From the IMG/VR virus record IMGVR_UViG_3300033463_000015: 64,000 nt of DNA. One strand, given 5' to 3'. Shown piece by piece: positions 9,548-17,421 of this stretch. A program made the position numbers and the translations under genes. Numbering within the stretch: the first letter of the stretch is position 1; the number at the start of each line of letters is the position of its first letter. The notes below the pieces were generated by a model. The model was not told the DNA's origin. It saw nothing but the letters and a program-made list of their open reading frames with translations, and did not search any database. The stretch is from a virus (lineage: Duplodnaviria; Caudoviricetes).

Positions 9548-9883
9548 ATGAAGCGCAACACCATCCAGTCTCTCGTTTCCTTCCTCAATGGCGAGACCGT
9601 GACCAACCTCGACGAGATCAAGGCCGAACTCGAGGCCGAACTGAACAAGGGCGCGGTCGCCAAGGCCGAGAAGGACGCGGGCTATGAGGCCGCGTGGGAC
9701 ATCGTCCGCAGTGTCTTCGCCCTAACCACGGCTCCCCTGACCGTGGCGGAAATCTTCGAGCAGGTCGAGGAGACCCTGCCCGAGGGCTTCACCAAGGGCA
9801 AGGTGCAGTATGGCCTCACTCACCAGTGGGCTGACCGCGTGGTGAAGATTGAGGGCAAGCCCAACACCTACCGCCTCGCGTGA
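9548..9883 (+). CDS. Winged-HTH-like early protein, paralog 4
   Basis: LTVAEIF..EGFTKGKVQYGLTHQWADRVVKIEGKPNTYRL. Confidence 0.8.
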   Translation: MKRNTIQSLVSFLNGETVTNLDEIKAELEAELNKGAVAKAEKDAGYEAAWDIVRSVFALTTAPLTVAEIFEQVEETLPEGFTKGKVQYGLTHQWADRVVKIEGKPNTYRLA

Positions 9884-10029
9884 GGCGGGGAGGGCTTCGG
9901 CCCTCTTTTCTTTTGGGCGCAAGTTAGTCGTGACTAACTGGCCGGCACGAAATTTTTTTAAAAAGGTATTGACAAAAAGATTCCTTTGGCTTATAATAAA
10001 GGTGTTCCAAGAGAAAAGGAGGATGAAGT

Positions 10030-10251
10030 ATGTATAACCACAGGAGTATCTACGAACCTATCCGCGAACCCATTCGTTACGAATTCGATACGCGATACAA
10101 GGATGGCCGCGTTGAAGCCAAGGTTGGCAACGATGGGCCCTCCCTTGTCATCGAAGCGCTCACTGCTCTCAACAATCCCGAAGTGAATAGCGTGAGTGTG
10201 TGGGACTTCGTGGAACAGCGTTACCTCATCATCCAGACCAAAGAGCGGTAA
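10030..10251 (+). CDS. Hypothetical protein
   Basis: RBS AGGAGG, own promoter. Confidence 0.65.
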   Translation: MYNHRSIYEPIREPIRYEFDTRYKDGRVEAKVGNDGPSLVIEALTALNNPEVNSVSVWDFVEQRYLIIQTKER

Positions 10252-10349
10252 GAAATTTTCAAAAAGGTATTGACAAATAAAATAAAATGAGTATAATAGA
10301 AGATGAAGAAAGGACAAGGACAGTCCGTAAAACCAGAAAGGAATAACAT

Positions 10350-10778
10350 ATGACCACCATCGAGACCATTCGTGACATCACCGTGACCGCTAAAGTTGCC
10401 AATCGCATTGCACAGGAAACGAAAGCAGAACTCGCGCGGCTCAAGCTTGAAAAGGCCACCATCGAATTCTGCGAAAACTATGTTGAAGCCGAAATTTTGA
10501 ACGCGGCAACCGAAGGAATTGGTTGCGTTTATCTGCCCACGTTTGGTAGGATGCAGTATAGTGATGCTGATGAATGGTATCCTTTGAAGACTGATACTTA
10601 CCGCTATGCCAATGGTGATGAGTCTCTTGTTCCTGACCAGACTAAACCCGCGATTAGTATTGCGTATCTTACCAATTATCTTGAACATCGCGGTTTCACT
10701 GTCACGGTTGAGAAAAGGTATTATATGCAGTATAGTTGGGGTCAGCAGAAGGGACACCGCATCCGCATCTCTTGGTAA
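10350..10778 (+). CDS. Hypothetical protein
   Basis: RBS GAAAGGA, own promoter, terminator at 10777-10801. Confidence 0.7.
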   Translation: MTTIETIRDITVTAKVANRIAQETKAELARLKLEKATIEFCENYVEAEILNAATEGIGCVYLPTFGRMQYSDADEWYPLKTDTYRYANGDESLVPDQTKPAISIAYLTNYLEHRGFTVTVEKRYYMQYSWGQQKGHRIRISW

Positions 10779-10815
10779 GGGTAGGAAACTACCCTTTTTT
10801 TCGTGCCGGCAAGTT

Positions 10816-11262
10816 TTACATAGACTTGCACGACCATTCATACTGGCGACCATTGATAGACTGAAGCGTTTCAAACGCCATCGCCACATAGGTGAAGAAC
10901 TTATTGCGCGCACCCTTCAACGTGTTCACATTCATACAGCGGAAGTGGTCATTGCCGCGATGTTCCATATTGCAGTTAGCATCATACATAGACCGCACAT
11001 ATGCTTCAATGAACAGCCTATCAGCGTGCGTCCCTTCAAACTCAACATACAGATCAATAGGCGTATCCACAGTATACTTGCGGCCATCAAGATTCTTTGA
11101 CTCTCCAATCTTAATGGTGGCATCCATTTCAAAATAATTCTTGGCTTCCATTTCAGTATACTCATTCGCGCGGTCAAGATACCACTGCTTTGCCTGTTTG
11201 AAGTTCTGCCAACCATATCCATCGGTGTAGTAAGTTGCAAAGTAAATGTAGCTCAGTTCCAT
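10816..11262 (-). CDS. Hypothetical protein (inverted unit)
   Basis: RBS AAAGGAGG. Minus-strand promoter TTGACA-17-TACAAT at about 11302-11330. Flanked by GCCGGC on both sides. Confidence 0.75.
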   Translation of the reverse strand: MELSYIYFATYYTDGYGWQNFKQAKQWYLDRANEYTEMEAKNYFEMDATIKIGESKNLDGRKYTVDTPIDLYVEFEGTHADRLFIEAYVRSMYDANCNMEHRGNDHFRCMNVNTLKGARNKFFTYVAMAFETLQSINGRQYEWSCKSM

Positions 11263-11585
11263 TATGATGCCCTCCTTTATTTCGCGCCTTTCAGCATCTT
11301 TATTGTATCGCTTTTCCTAGCTTTTGTCAATAGGTTTTTGAAAAAAATTTTTATGCCGGCATAAAAAATCGTGCCGGCAAAATTCTGCCGGCGCCACAAG
11401 ATACTCTCCCACCTCTACCATATTATCACAAAGTTGTCAAGTTGTCAAGCCCCAAAGTGTTACAATTGTGTTAAGATTTTGTTACAAAATTATGACGCAG
11501 CCTTGTCAAGTGTTTGACCTGTGTCAAGTGCTTACCGGCTTCCAAATTCTGCCAACCGGATCCTTATATTATAATATAGCGCCAG

Positions 11586-11747
11586 GGAGCTGGGAAAGGC
11601 CATAGGAGCTGGGAGCTGGGCCCGTGGGAGCTGGGACTAAAGGAGCTGGGAACTGCCCCGGCGACCGGAGGGAGCTGGGGAGCTGGGAATGGATCCGGCA
11701 GCTGGAAAATTTTTCCAACGCGCCAGGGAGCTGGGTCAAGGAGCTGG
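11586..11747 (+). repeat. Cluster of nine GGAGCTGG direct repeats
   Basis: Copies at 11586, 11605, 11612, 11627, 11642, 11671, 11679, 11727 and 11740, all on one strand. Confidence 0.9.
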
Positions 11748-11751
11748 AAAT

Positions 11752-11785
11752 AAAAAAAGAAGGCCAGCATCAGCTGGCCTTCTTT
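11752..11785 (-). terminator. Intrinsic terminator of the helicase gene
   Basis: AAAGAAGGCCAGC-ATCA-GCTGGCCTTCTTT hairpin with a T-run on the minus strand. Confidence 0.75.
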
Positions 11786-13158
11786 AATCCTACGATCCGG
11801 TATTGCTTTATATGAGCACGCCCATACTTGCGTTCTTCAAATTCTATCTCGTCTCCCCATTCTTTTGTTACAGCCTACCACGTCAGGAGCTGCTTTGTAA
11901 ATGTCTTATCATAGACAACATAAGTCTATAGTAATTCTTTTATCTCATCCTTATTATGCCAAGTATAGTAGCAAGCTGAAAAGTGCCCATCTTCTCGCAC
12001 AAACTCTACCAGCATTTTTGCCGCAGATAAAATATACTTACGCTCGGGCGCATAACGCGCTCTAATAAATTGACCAATATCCATATAATTACGAGAGTTG
12101 CAAATCCAATCTTGGAACCGTGTATCATAAATATCTATGCCGCGGCCCGCGACCTAATTGGTTATAACGCAATCATATTCTGGCGGAACCATATGATGTT
12201 CATTAATATACTTTAATCCTTCACGCTGCTTATCAGTAACGCAGCCACGCCAATCAGGATTATTCTCGAACGACCATAGCGTTAAGACGTGAAAGCCCTT
12301 TGCCGCAAACTACTCTTGCAGCCGCATAATATCAGTAACACGTTCTGTATATATCCAGGGGCACATATTCTTATCAGGACATATCAAACCATCGTTAAGA
12401 GCTGCAGAAACACTTTCAATAAAGACAGTTTCTTTGGCGTCATAGATTTCATCAATCTTGCCGCGCATAATATAATTAATATAATCACCGAACAAAGAAG
12501 CTGCTATCTCTGGAGTAGCAGACATCGCGATTAAACGTATTCGTGCGGGCTCCAATATAATAGTATGAATACTATAGATAAAAGCTGCAATAGAAGTGTG
12601 GCGGCCTTCCTATAAAAGGTTAGCAAGCTTCTCTTCTTTTAGATCCGGGAACGTCTTCTTGACTTGCCGGATCTCAGCTTCATAGTATTGCTGCACATCA
12701 TCAAACTCATCCCATACAATTAAATCTATATCATCTAACCATTCGGTATCACGTCGTATAAGAGCTGCAAAAGTTTGATAGCACATTATGTGTATCTTGT
12801 CGCTATCATCCTCCACCGTCCATACGCGTTTCTATCTATGTGCCAGCCAGCCATCTAAGTCTGTATCAGCAAACACTGTAGTAATATCTGGATAGCGCAG
12901 ATGAATATTATCGCGCAGCACCATTGTGTGGACAAGATATACTATATGTTTTTTCGCACGCGAAAAGCTGAGGATGCGCGGATCAAAACTAAAAGTAGTC
13001 TTGCCACATCCCCTCGGTGCTTTCAGCACATTAAATTGTCCTGGCTAGATACGCTCTAAATCTTCTGCCTATATAATAGAAGATAAGAACTACTAGTGCT
13101 CTATCGGTTGATGCGCGCTTACCTACGTAAGCGGCATGGTAATAATTTCCTGTCCCAT
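11770..13158 (-). CDS. SF2 (DExD-box) helicase-like / origin-binding protein, 462 aa with TAG=Gln
   Basis: Three track fragments share one frame joined only by TAG. Motifs: I APRGCGKTT, II WDEFD, III MSAT, V TN(Q)VAGRGIDI, VI QFIRAR. 11 in-frame TAG, ends TGA. RBS GAAGGAG. Confidence 0.85.
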
Positions 13159-13178
13159 TCTCCTTCCACCTCAGTTAT

Positions 13179-13207
13179 ATTATACATGAACTTTTAATGT
13201 TTGTCAA
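13179..13207 (-). promoter_or_regulatory. SigA-type promoter of the helicase gene
   Basis: Perfect TTGACA-17-TATAAT on the minus strand. Confidence 0.8.
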
Positions 13208-13224
13208 ATATTAGGTGCGAAGAT

Positions 13225-13600
13225 TAGATAAAAATAACACCATCTTATATCTAAAAATAAAAAATGTGATATTTATAATGTGTTATTTTTTCGCGTGAGC
13301 CCACGGAAAATCAATACAAAAAAGTAACACTTTTTGCGGAAACGCTACTCAAAAAATAACACCAAATATTTATTACAAAAAATACCACATATTATACTAT
13401 ATGTATAAAAAATGTGGAATAAAAAATGTGTTATTTTTTCGGGTGTACCCACGGGCCCGTTATAATATAGTCAAAAAATAACACCAAAAAATTCCTTATA
13501 TATATTATATATATAAGTAGTAAATTTTACTTGAAGTAATCCCGCGAAGCGGGATTACGGAAAGTAAAATTTACTACGCCGTGCCGCGAAGCGGCTCCCT
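13225..13600. other. Putative replication origin (AT-rich, iteron-like repeats, long hairpin)
   Basis: Non-coding. AAAAATAACAC-like repeats in both orientations. 61-nt inverted repeat at 13517-13577. Adjacent to the helicase gene. Confidence 0.5.
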
Positions 13601-13859
13601 AGCCTGTTGGGAAGGAAGCTGGGTAGTAAGCCGGATCTTAAATTTTTAATAAAAATTTTTATAGAAAAATACTTGACAAAGTTAAAATTTTGAGGCACTA
13701 CTCCAAATTCTAATCTACCCTTTCACGCACCTAGCACACCTAATTTTCCCTACTTACCCTTCACACGTAGACTCTGCCCCATACTTATACTTTTACTTAC
13801 AATTTTTCTTACTTCTTCTATTTTTTCATACCTAGAGGTTTCTAACTTAAATAAAATAT

Positions 13860-13887
13860 TTGACTTTTTCAAAATTTATAGTATAAT
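13860..13887 (+). promoter_or_regulatory. SigA-type promoter (similar ones at 16887, 18107, 23655)
   Basis: TTGACT-16/17-TATAAT, with AATTT in the spacer. Confidence 0.75.
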
Positions 13888-13915
13888 TATTTTAGAAAGA
13901 AAGGGAGGTAAGGGT

Positions 13916-14185
13916 ATGGGTAGATGGAGAGATGAAACTCGACGTCTTACAAAGAATGCTCGTTCGCAGCTTCAGGGTGCTAGCATTCACGAACTCATTA
14001 ACTGGGAACGCACTTACTTGCGGCGAATGATCCAGATTGCGGCACTTGATGGCTCCTACACCATCCACATTGATGCACTATGGCGTGTGAATGTTGAGTG
14101 GTTGAGGGATGAGGACTTTATGGTGCTTGGCGATGATGATACTGGCTATGATATTAGCTGGGGAAAGGGTTATAGGTGGAACTAA
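13916..14185 (+). CDS. Hypothetical protein
   Basis: RBS GGGAGGT. C-terminal GYDISW resembles 18170 and 18406. Confidence 0.7.
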   Translation: MGRWRDETRRLTKNARSQLQGASIHELINWERTYLRRMIQIAALDGSYTIHIDALWRVNVEWLRDEDFMVLGDDDTGYDISWGKGYRWN

Positions 14186-14186
14186 G

Positions 14187-14933
14187 ATGGATCGCACTAT
14201 GCAGCATTTCATTTCCATTTTGGATCAAATGATTGAGAACAACCAGTTTTTCGCATTTTATTTTCAAAGCCCCTTCTCGCTTGAGGACATCGAAGATATG
14301 CATTGGGATTACAATATACCCCGCAACATTTCATTTTACAGTGGAGTGTCTCGTGGTGTAATTTCAGATTCAGAATGGGATGAAGTTATCAAGTTTGACC
14401 TTGATAGTTACTATGCGGAAGTAAGCCCCTGTGCGGCTGAAACTACTGTGTATCAGGCTGCTGTGAATGCGCGTTTGGATCGTTGTTTTACGCGGGCTCG
14501 CTTCATTGGTACTTATGTGAAGACTGTGAAGGCATACCCCGTATCTCTGTTTGAAGGTTGTGATGACGAGAACCTTGACCTTACCGAAGAAGATTTCATT
14601 GATAAGGTCAAGGAACTTGGTTTTGATGAAGGTGATATGCGCGAGGTCACTATTCGTCTGCCGCTGTATGCCTATGAGAAGGCAAATAATGTTGGTTGGA
14701 CTTGTCCTGAGTATGAGGATGAGGAAGGCGAAATCGCGCATTCGTATGACAGTCCGCTTGTTGAGCGTGCGGAAGAAGTTGCCGCTAGCTTTGTGCATGA
14801 ATATGGTGAAGAACTGTATGCGGAACTGAGCTCTTTCCTGCGTGAATGGGATGTGAATGACTTGCATTGCGGCAATGTGGGTTGGATTGGCAAGCGATTC
14901 GTGCTGATTGACTATGCGGGTTACCACGAATGA
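14187..14933 (+). CDS. Protein-kinase-like fold protein, paralog 2
   Basis: SGVSRG, VIKFD, ETTVY, DLHCGNVG and VLIDYAG match 3012..3539, with an insertion. Confidence 0.7.
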   Translation: MDRTMQHFISILDQMIENNQFFAFYFQSPFSLEDIEDMHWDYNIPRNISFYSGVSRGVISDSEWDEVIKFDLDSYYAEVSPCAAETTVYQAAVNARLDRCFTRARFIGTYVKTVKAYPVSLFEGCDDENLDLTEEDFIDKVKELGFDEGDMREVTIRLPLYAYEKANNVGWTCPEYEDEEGEIAHSYDSPLVERAEEVAASFVHEYGEELYAELSSFLREWDVNDLHCGNVGWIGKRFVLIDYAGYHE

Positions 14934-15031
14934 TAACCGTCCTCCCCCTAGTCGTAAATTAGCGGCCACTTCGTGGCGGCTAATTTACTCCTTCCCCCTA
15001 GCGGGGGAATTTCAAAATGAAAGGTGAGAAT

Positions 15032-15538
15032 ATGGAAGAGAAGTATAGTGTATTTAAAGAAATGTCATATAGGCCCCGTTATTATTTGCGGCATCCTATT
15101 AGGTGGATTGGAGATAAGTGTAGAGAAATTAGGTGGGGTTGGCAGCGAGCTACTAGAGGTTATGCTGATTGCGATGCCTGGAATTTTGATATTTGGTTTA
15201 GTCATGTAGTTCCAAGTCTACTGGATCATCTAGCTGATAATTCTAATGGATGGCCTGATAGTAAGTTTGAAACTCATAGAGATTGGGTAAATTGGATTCA
15301 TAAACTTGCGGCTACTATTAGGTTTATGCGCGAAGACCAGCAAGATGAAGTAAATGAATGTTGGCCTGCTTATCAAGAGAGTTTGGATAATTGGCAAGCA
15401 GGCGGATATGATACTCGTCACGAAGAAATGTTTCACCAGTATTATAAGAGAGCAAGAGAACTTGCGGCTAAAGCTGATGAAGATTTTGCCGCTATTATGC
15501 CTGAATTTGTAAAGTATTTTCATTGCTTGTGGGATTAA
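15032..15538 (+). CDS. Conserved phage hypothetical protein (Trp-rich)
   Basis: WQRATRGYADCDAWN...FHCLWD*. RBS AAAGGTG. Confidence 0.7.
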   Translation: MEEKYSVFKEMSYRPRYYLRHPIRWIGDKCREIRWGWQRATRGYADCDAWNFDIWFSHVVPSLLDHLADNSNGWPDSKFETHRDWVNWIHKLAATIRFMREDQQDEVNECWPAYQESLDNWQAGGYDTRHEEMFHQYYKRARELAAKADEDFAAIMPEFVKYFHCLWD

Positions 15539-15539
15539 T

Positions 15540-15743
15540 ATGGTTTAGGTTATATTAAAAAATACACCCGCTTTCTTATGGACTTGTTCTCAATGTGGAG
15601 CATTACTCACTTATAAAACTAATGATGTATATGAAGGCCATTTTATTTATTGCCCCGTTTGTAAAAGTAAGGAGCATATATTGTTTGAATTAAATTATGA
15701 TGGGGTGATTAAGGATGAAAAGCAAACTACTACTAGCACTTAA
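15540..15743 (+). CDS. Zn-ribbon protein (TAG at codon 3)
   Basis: MV(Q)VILK...CSQCG...CPVCK. Visible only with TAG=Gln. Confidence 0.6.
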
Positions 15744-16158
15744 ATGCTTTTTAAATCCATATTCTAATAGTCGCCATTTATGTGAAAATTGTCCTTTTGG
15801 GTATAGTGTGCCAATAGATGATGGCTCTAATGACCCTCCATATACTTGCGATGACTTGAAAATATTAAATGATGTGTATTAGTATTTAGAAGCTAACACG
15901 CAGCATTTGCTAACGAAAGATGAAGTGCGCGAAAAGGGACTTGCGGGCGCTCCATTATGGTTTGAATCCTTAGATGGTTCTGCCGTACATAATGGGTGGA
16001 AGTTGGTTTAGATATATCCCCCGTATATGAATGAAGTTTACTTATGTGATTTTAATTAGCGTGGAGTATTTTATAGCTTGCGGCAATACGGTAAAAGTTG
16101 GAGAGCTTGGGCTCAGCCGCTAGTAAAGGAAGAAGTATGTGGAACAGAAATGAGTTAA
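15715..16158 (+). CDS. Hypothetical protein, 147 aa with 3 TAG
   Basis: Fills an otherwise empty gap. CENCPFG...YGKSWRAW. Confidence 0.65.
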
Positions 16159-16358
16159 TCGAAATTATTATGATGCGTGGCCTAGATAAGCTTGCGGCCG
16201 CCGCCAAAGTTGATAAGTGTCTGGCGCAGGTGCGGCAAGAGCCTATGCTGGCAACTATGTACTTTCACGATATGCTTAGACTTAATTTTGGATACATTGA
16301 TGTAAAGGAGATTGAAGATGGAGAAGCAGGATATTGTAAAGATTCTAATGAAGCGTGA
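16137..16358 (+). CDS. Hypothetical protein
   Basis: ORF in a tightly packed operon. Confidence 0.55.
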   Translation: MWNRNELIEIIMMRGLDKLAAAAKVDKCLAQVRQEPMLATMYFHDMLRLNFGYIDVKEIEDGEAGYCKDSNEA

Positions 16359-16521
16359 CCATATGACGCTCAATGATGCTTGGAACCTTATTAATGATAC
16401 ACAGGAAGAGATTGATTATTTACTCAGCGGCAGCAACCCAATGCTGTATGAGGCCGAAGATATTATTAAGTCTAATCTTGGTCTTGAACCTGACTATCTT
16501 GACGCATTTCTTGCATGGTAA
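16318..16521 (+). CDS. Hypothetical protein
   Basis: RBS AAAGGAG. ILMKRD...LGLEPDYL. Confidence 0.7.
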   Translation: MEKQDIVKILMKRDHMTLNDAWNLINDTQEEIDYLLSGSNPMLYEAEDIIKSNLGLEPDYLDAFLAW

Positions 16522-16531
16522 GGAGGATAAT

Positions 16532-16882
16532 ATGACGGAACTTTATTGGGATAGCACGCATGAACGTTATGGCGTACTTGTATCTCACGGTTATGGATCC
16601 GGCTGGAGCTCTTGGAACTCGCCGCGGCTAGCTTACGACCGCAAGGTAATTGAATATTGGAATGCCAATCATGATGCTAAGCCTGACGTAGTTGCTGCAT
16701 GGCTTGAAAAGAACGGTTATCCTAATATTTATGTTTCATTTTCAAATTGGTATAATCTTGCTCTTGAATGGGTGCCCACTAATGTTTGTTGGCGTATCCG
16801 GGAGTATGATGGCGCAGAATCTATTGAGGTTCTTAATCTCGCTGGCTGGAACAAGTTTGATAAGAATGGAAACCCTGTATAA
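16532..16882 (+). CDS. Conserved phage hypothetical protein
   Basis: VLVSHGYGSGWSSWN...IREYDGAESI. RBS AGGAGG. Confidence 0.75.
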   Translation: MTELYWDSTHERYGVLVSHGYGSGWSSWNSPRLAYDRKVIEYWNANHDAKPDVVAAWLEKNGYPNIYVSFSNWYNLALEWVPTNVCWRIREYDGAESIEVLNLAGWNKFDKNGNPV

Positions 16883-16945
16883 TTATTTGACTTTTATTCA
16901 ATTTATGATATAATAATTATAGAAAGAAGAAAGGAGATACTAAGT

Positions 16946-17218
16946 ATGAAGTATCGTAAGATTCCGGTTGTCATTGAAGCTATTCGTTGGACTGGTGAGA
17001 ATGTGAAGGAAGTGAAGGAGTTTGCTGGCGGCAATGCTATGATTCATTATCAGTATACCGCTATCACTCCTGATATTCCAGAGGTTGTTCTTGTGCTGAA
17101 TACTCTCGAGGGCGAGATGCACGTTAATAAAGGTTACTACATTATTAAGGGTGTTGACAATGAGATTTATGGATGTCGTCCTGATATTTTTGAGAAGACT
17201 TATGAGGTAGTCGAATGA
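16946..17218 (+). CDS. Conserved phage protein (KYRKxPVVIEA...TLEG...PDIFEKTY family)
   Basis: Motifs typical of a widespread phage family. Promoter at 16887. Confidence 0.75.
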   Translation: MKYRKIPVVIEAIRWTGENVKEVKEFAGGNAMIHYQYTAITPDIPEVVLVLNTLEGEMHVNKGYYIIKGVDNEIYGCRPDIFEKTYEVVE

Positions 17219-17421
17219 ATTACAAATGTCCTGCTTGCGGCGTATCACATTACGCCGTTCAGTATTATGTCTCTACTCTAATGGGTTATCAGCGTGTTTT
17301 TAAAGATGGGAAGGATATAACGGAAGATCCTAACCATCATATGATGTATTGTCAGTGCCTCAATTGCGGCAATTACTTTGCGGTTGAAATGAATAAAAAG
17401 GAGAGTGATGCTAATGTCTAA
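17215..17421 (+). CDS. Zn-ribbon protein
   Basis: CPACG...CLNCG. Confidence 0.65.
   Translation: MNYKCPACGVSHYAVQYYVSTLMGYQRVFKDGKDITEDPNHHMMYCQCLNCGNYFAVEMNKKESDANV

Larger units (their letters stand above)
378..10298 (+). promoter_or_regulatory. Array of more than 20 consensus SigA/sigma70 promoters
   Basis: TTGAC(A/T)-16/18-TA(T/C)AAT with -35/-10 at, for example, 378/400, 497/520, 2270/2292, 2376/2399, 5463/5485, 5567/5591, 6355/6378, 6464/6487, 9345/9367 and 9451/9474. Many have an extended -10 TG. Confidence 0.9.
260..11392 (+). repeat. Family of intergenic junction repeats (terminator - GCCGGC - TTAG-N6-CTAA palindrome - promoter)
   Basis: GCCGGC counted at 286, 1008, 1784, 2199, 2894, 2912, 3557, 4391, 4651, 5378, 6337, 7229, 7898, 8261, 8624, 9297, 9941, 10805, 11355, 11373 and 11387, all intergenic. 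AA(A/G)TTAGGCTTGACTAAC recurs at about 4402, 4661, 6346, 7904, 8271 and 8633. Confidence 0.9.

Noticed and set aside
989-9939. Integron attC sites (GTTAGGC matches the GTTRRRY core)
   Set aside because: Arms are ordered GTTAG...CTAAC with only a 6-nt spacer, there is no long attC-type hairpin, the genes have their own promoters, and no IntI is in the window.
514-11240. Long antisense and alternate-frame ORFs in the track (for example 514-972, 1274-1855, 2886-3548, 3626-4312, 10221-10913)
   Set aside because: They shadow genes that have an RBS, promoter and recognisable motifs. They are expected by-products of biased codon usage.
260-11747. CRISPR array from the recurring intergenic or GGAGCTGG repeats
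   Set aside because: Repeats are short, degenerate and separated by whole genes or irregular gaps. There is no constant repeat-spacer period and no cas gene.
11564-11815. ORFs over the GGAGCTGG cluster
   Set aside because: Low-complexity translations of the repeat, without a convincing RBS.
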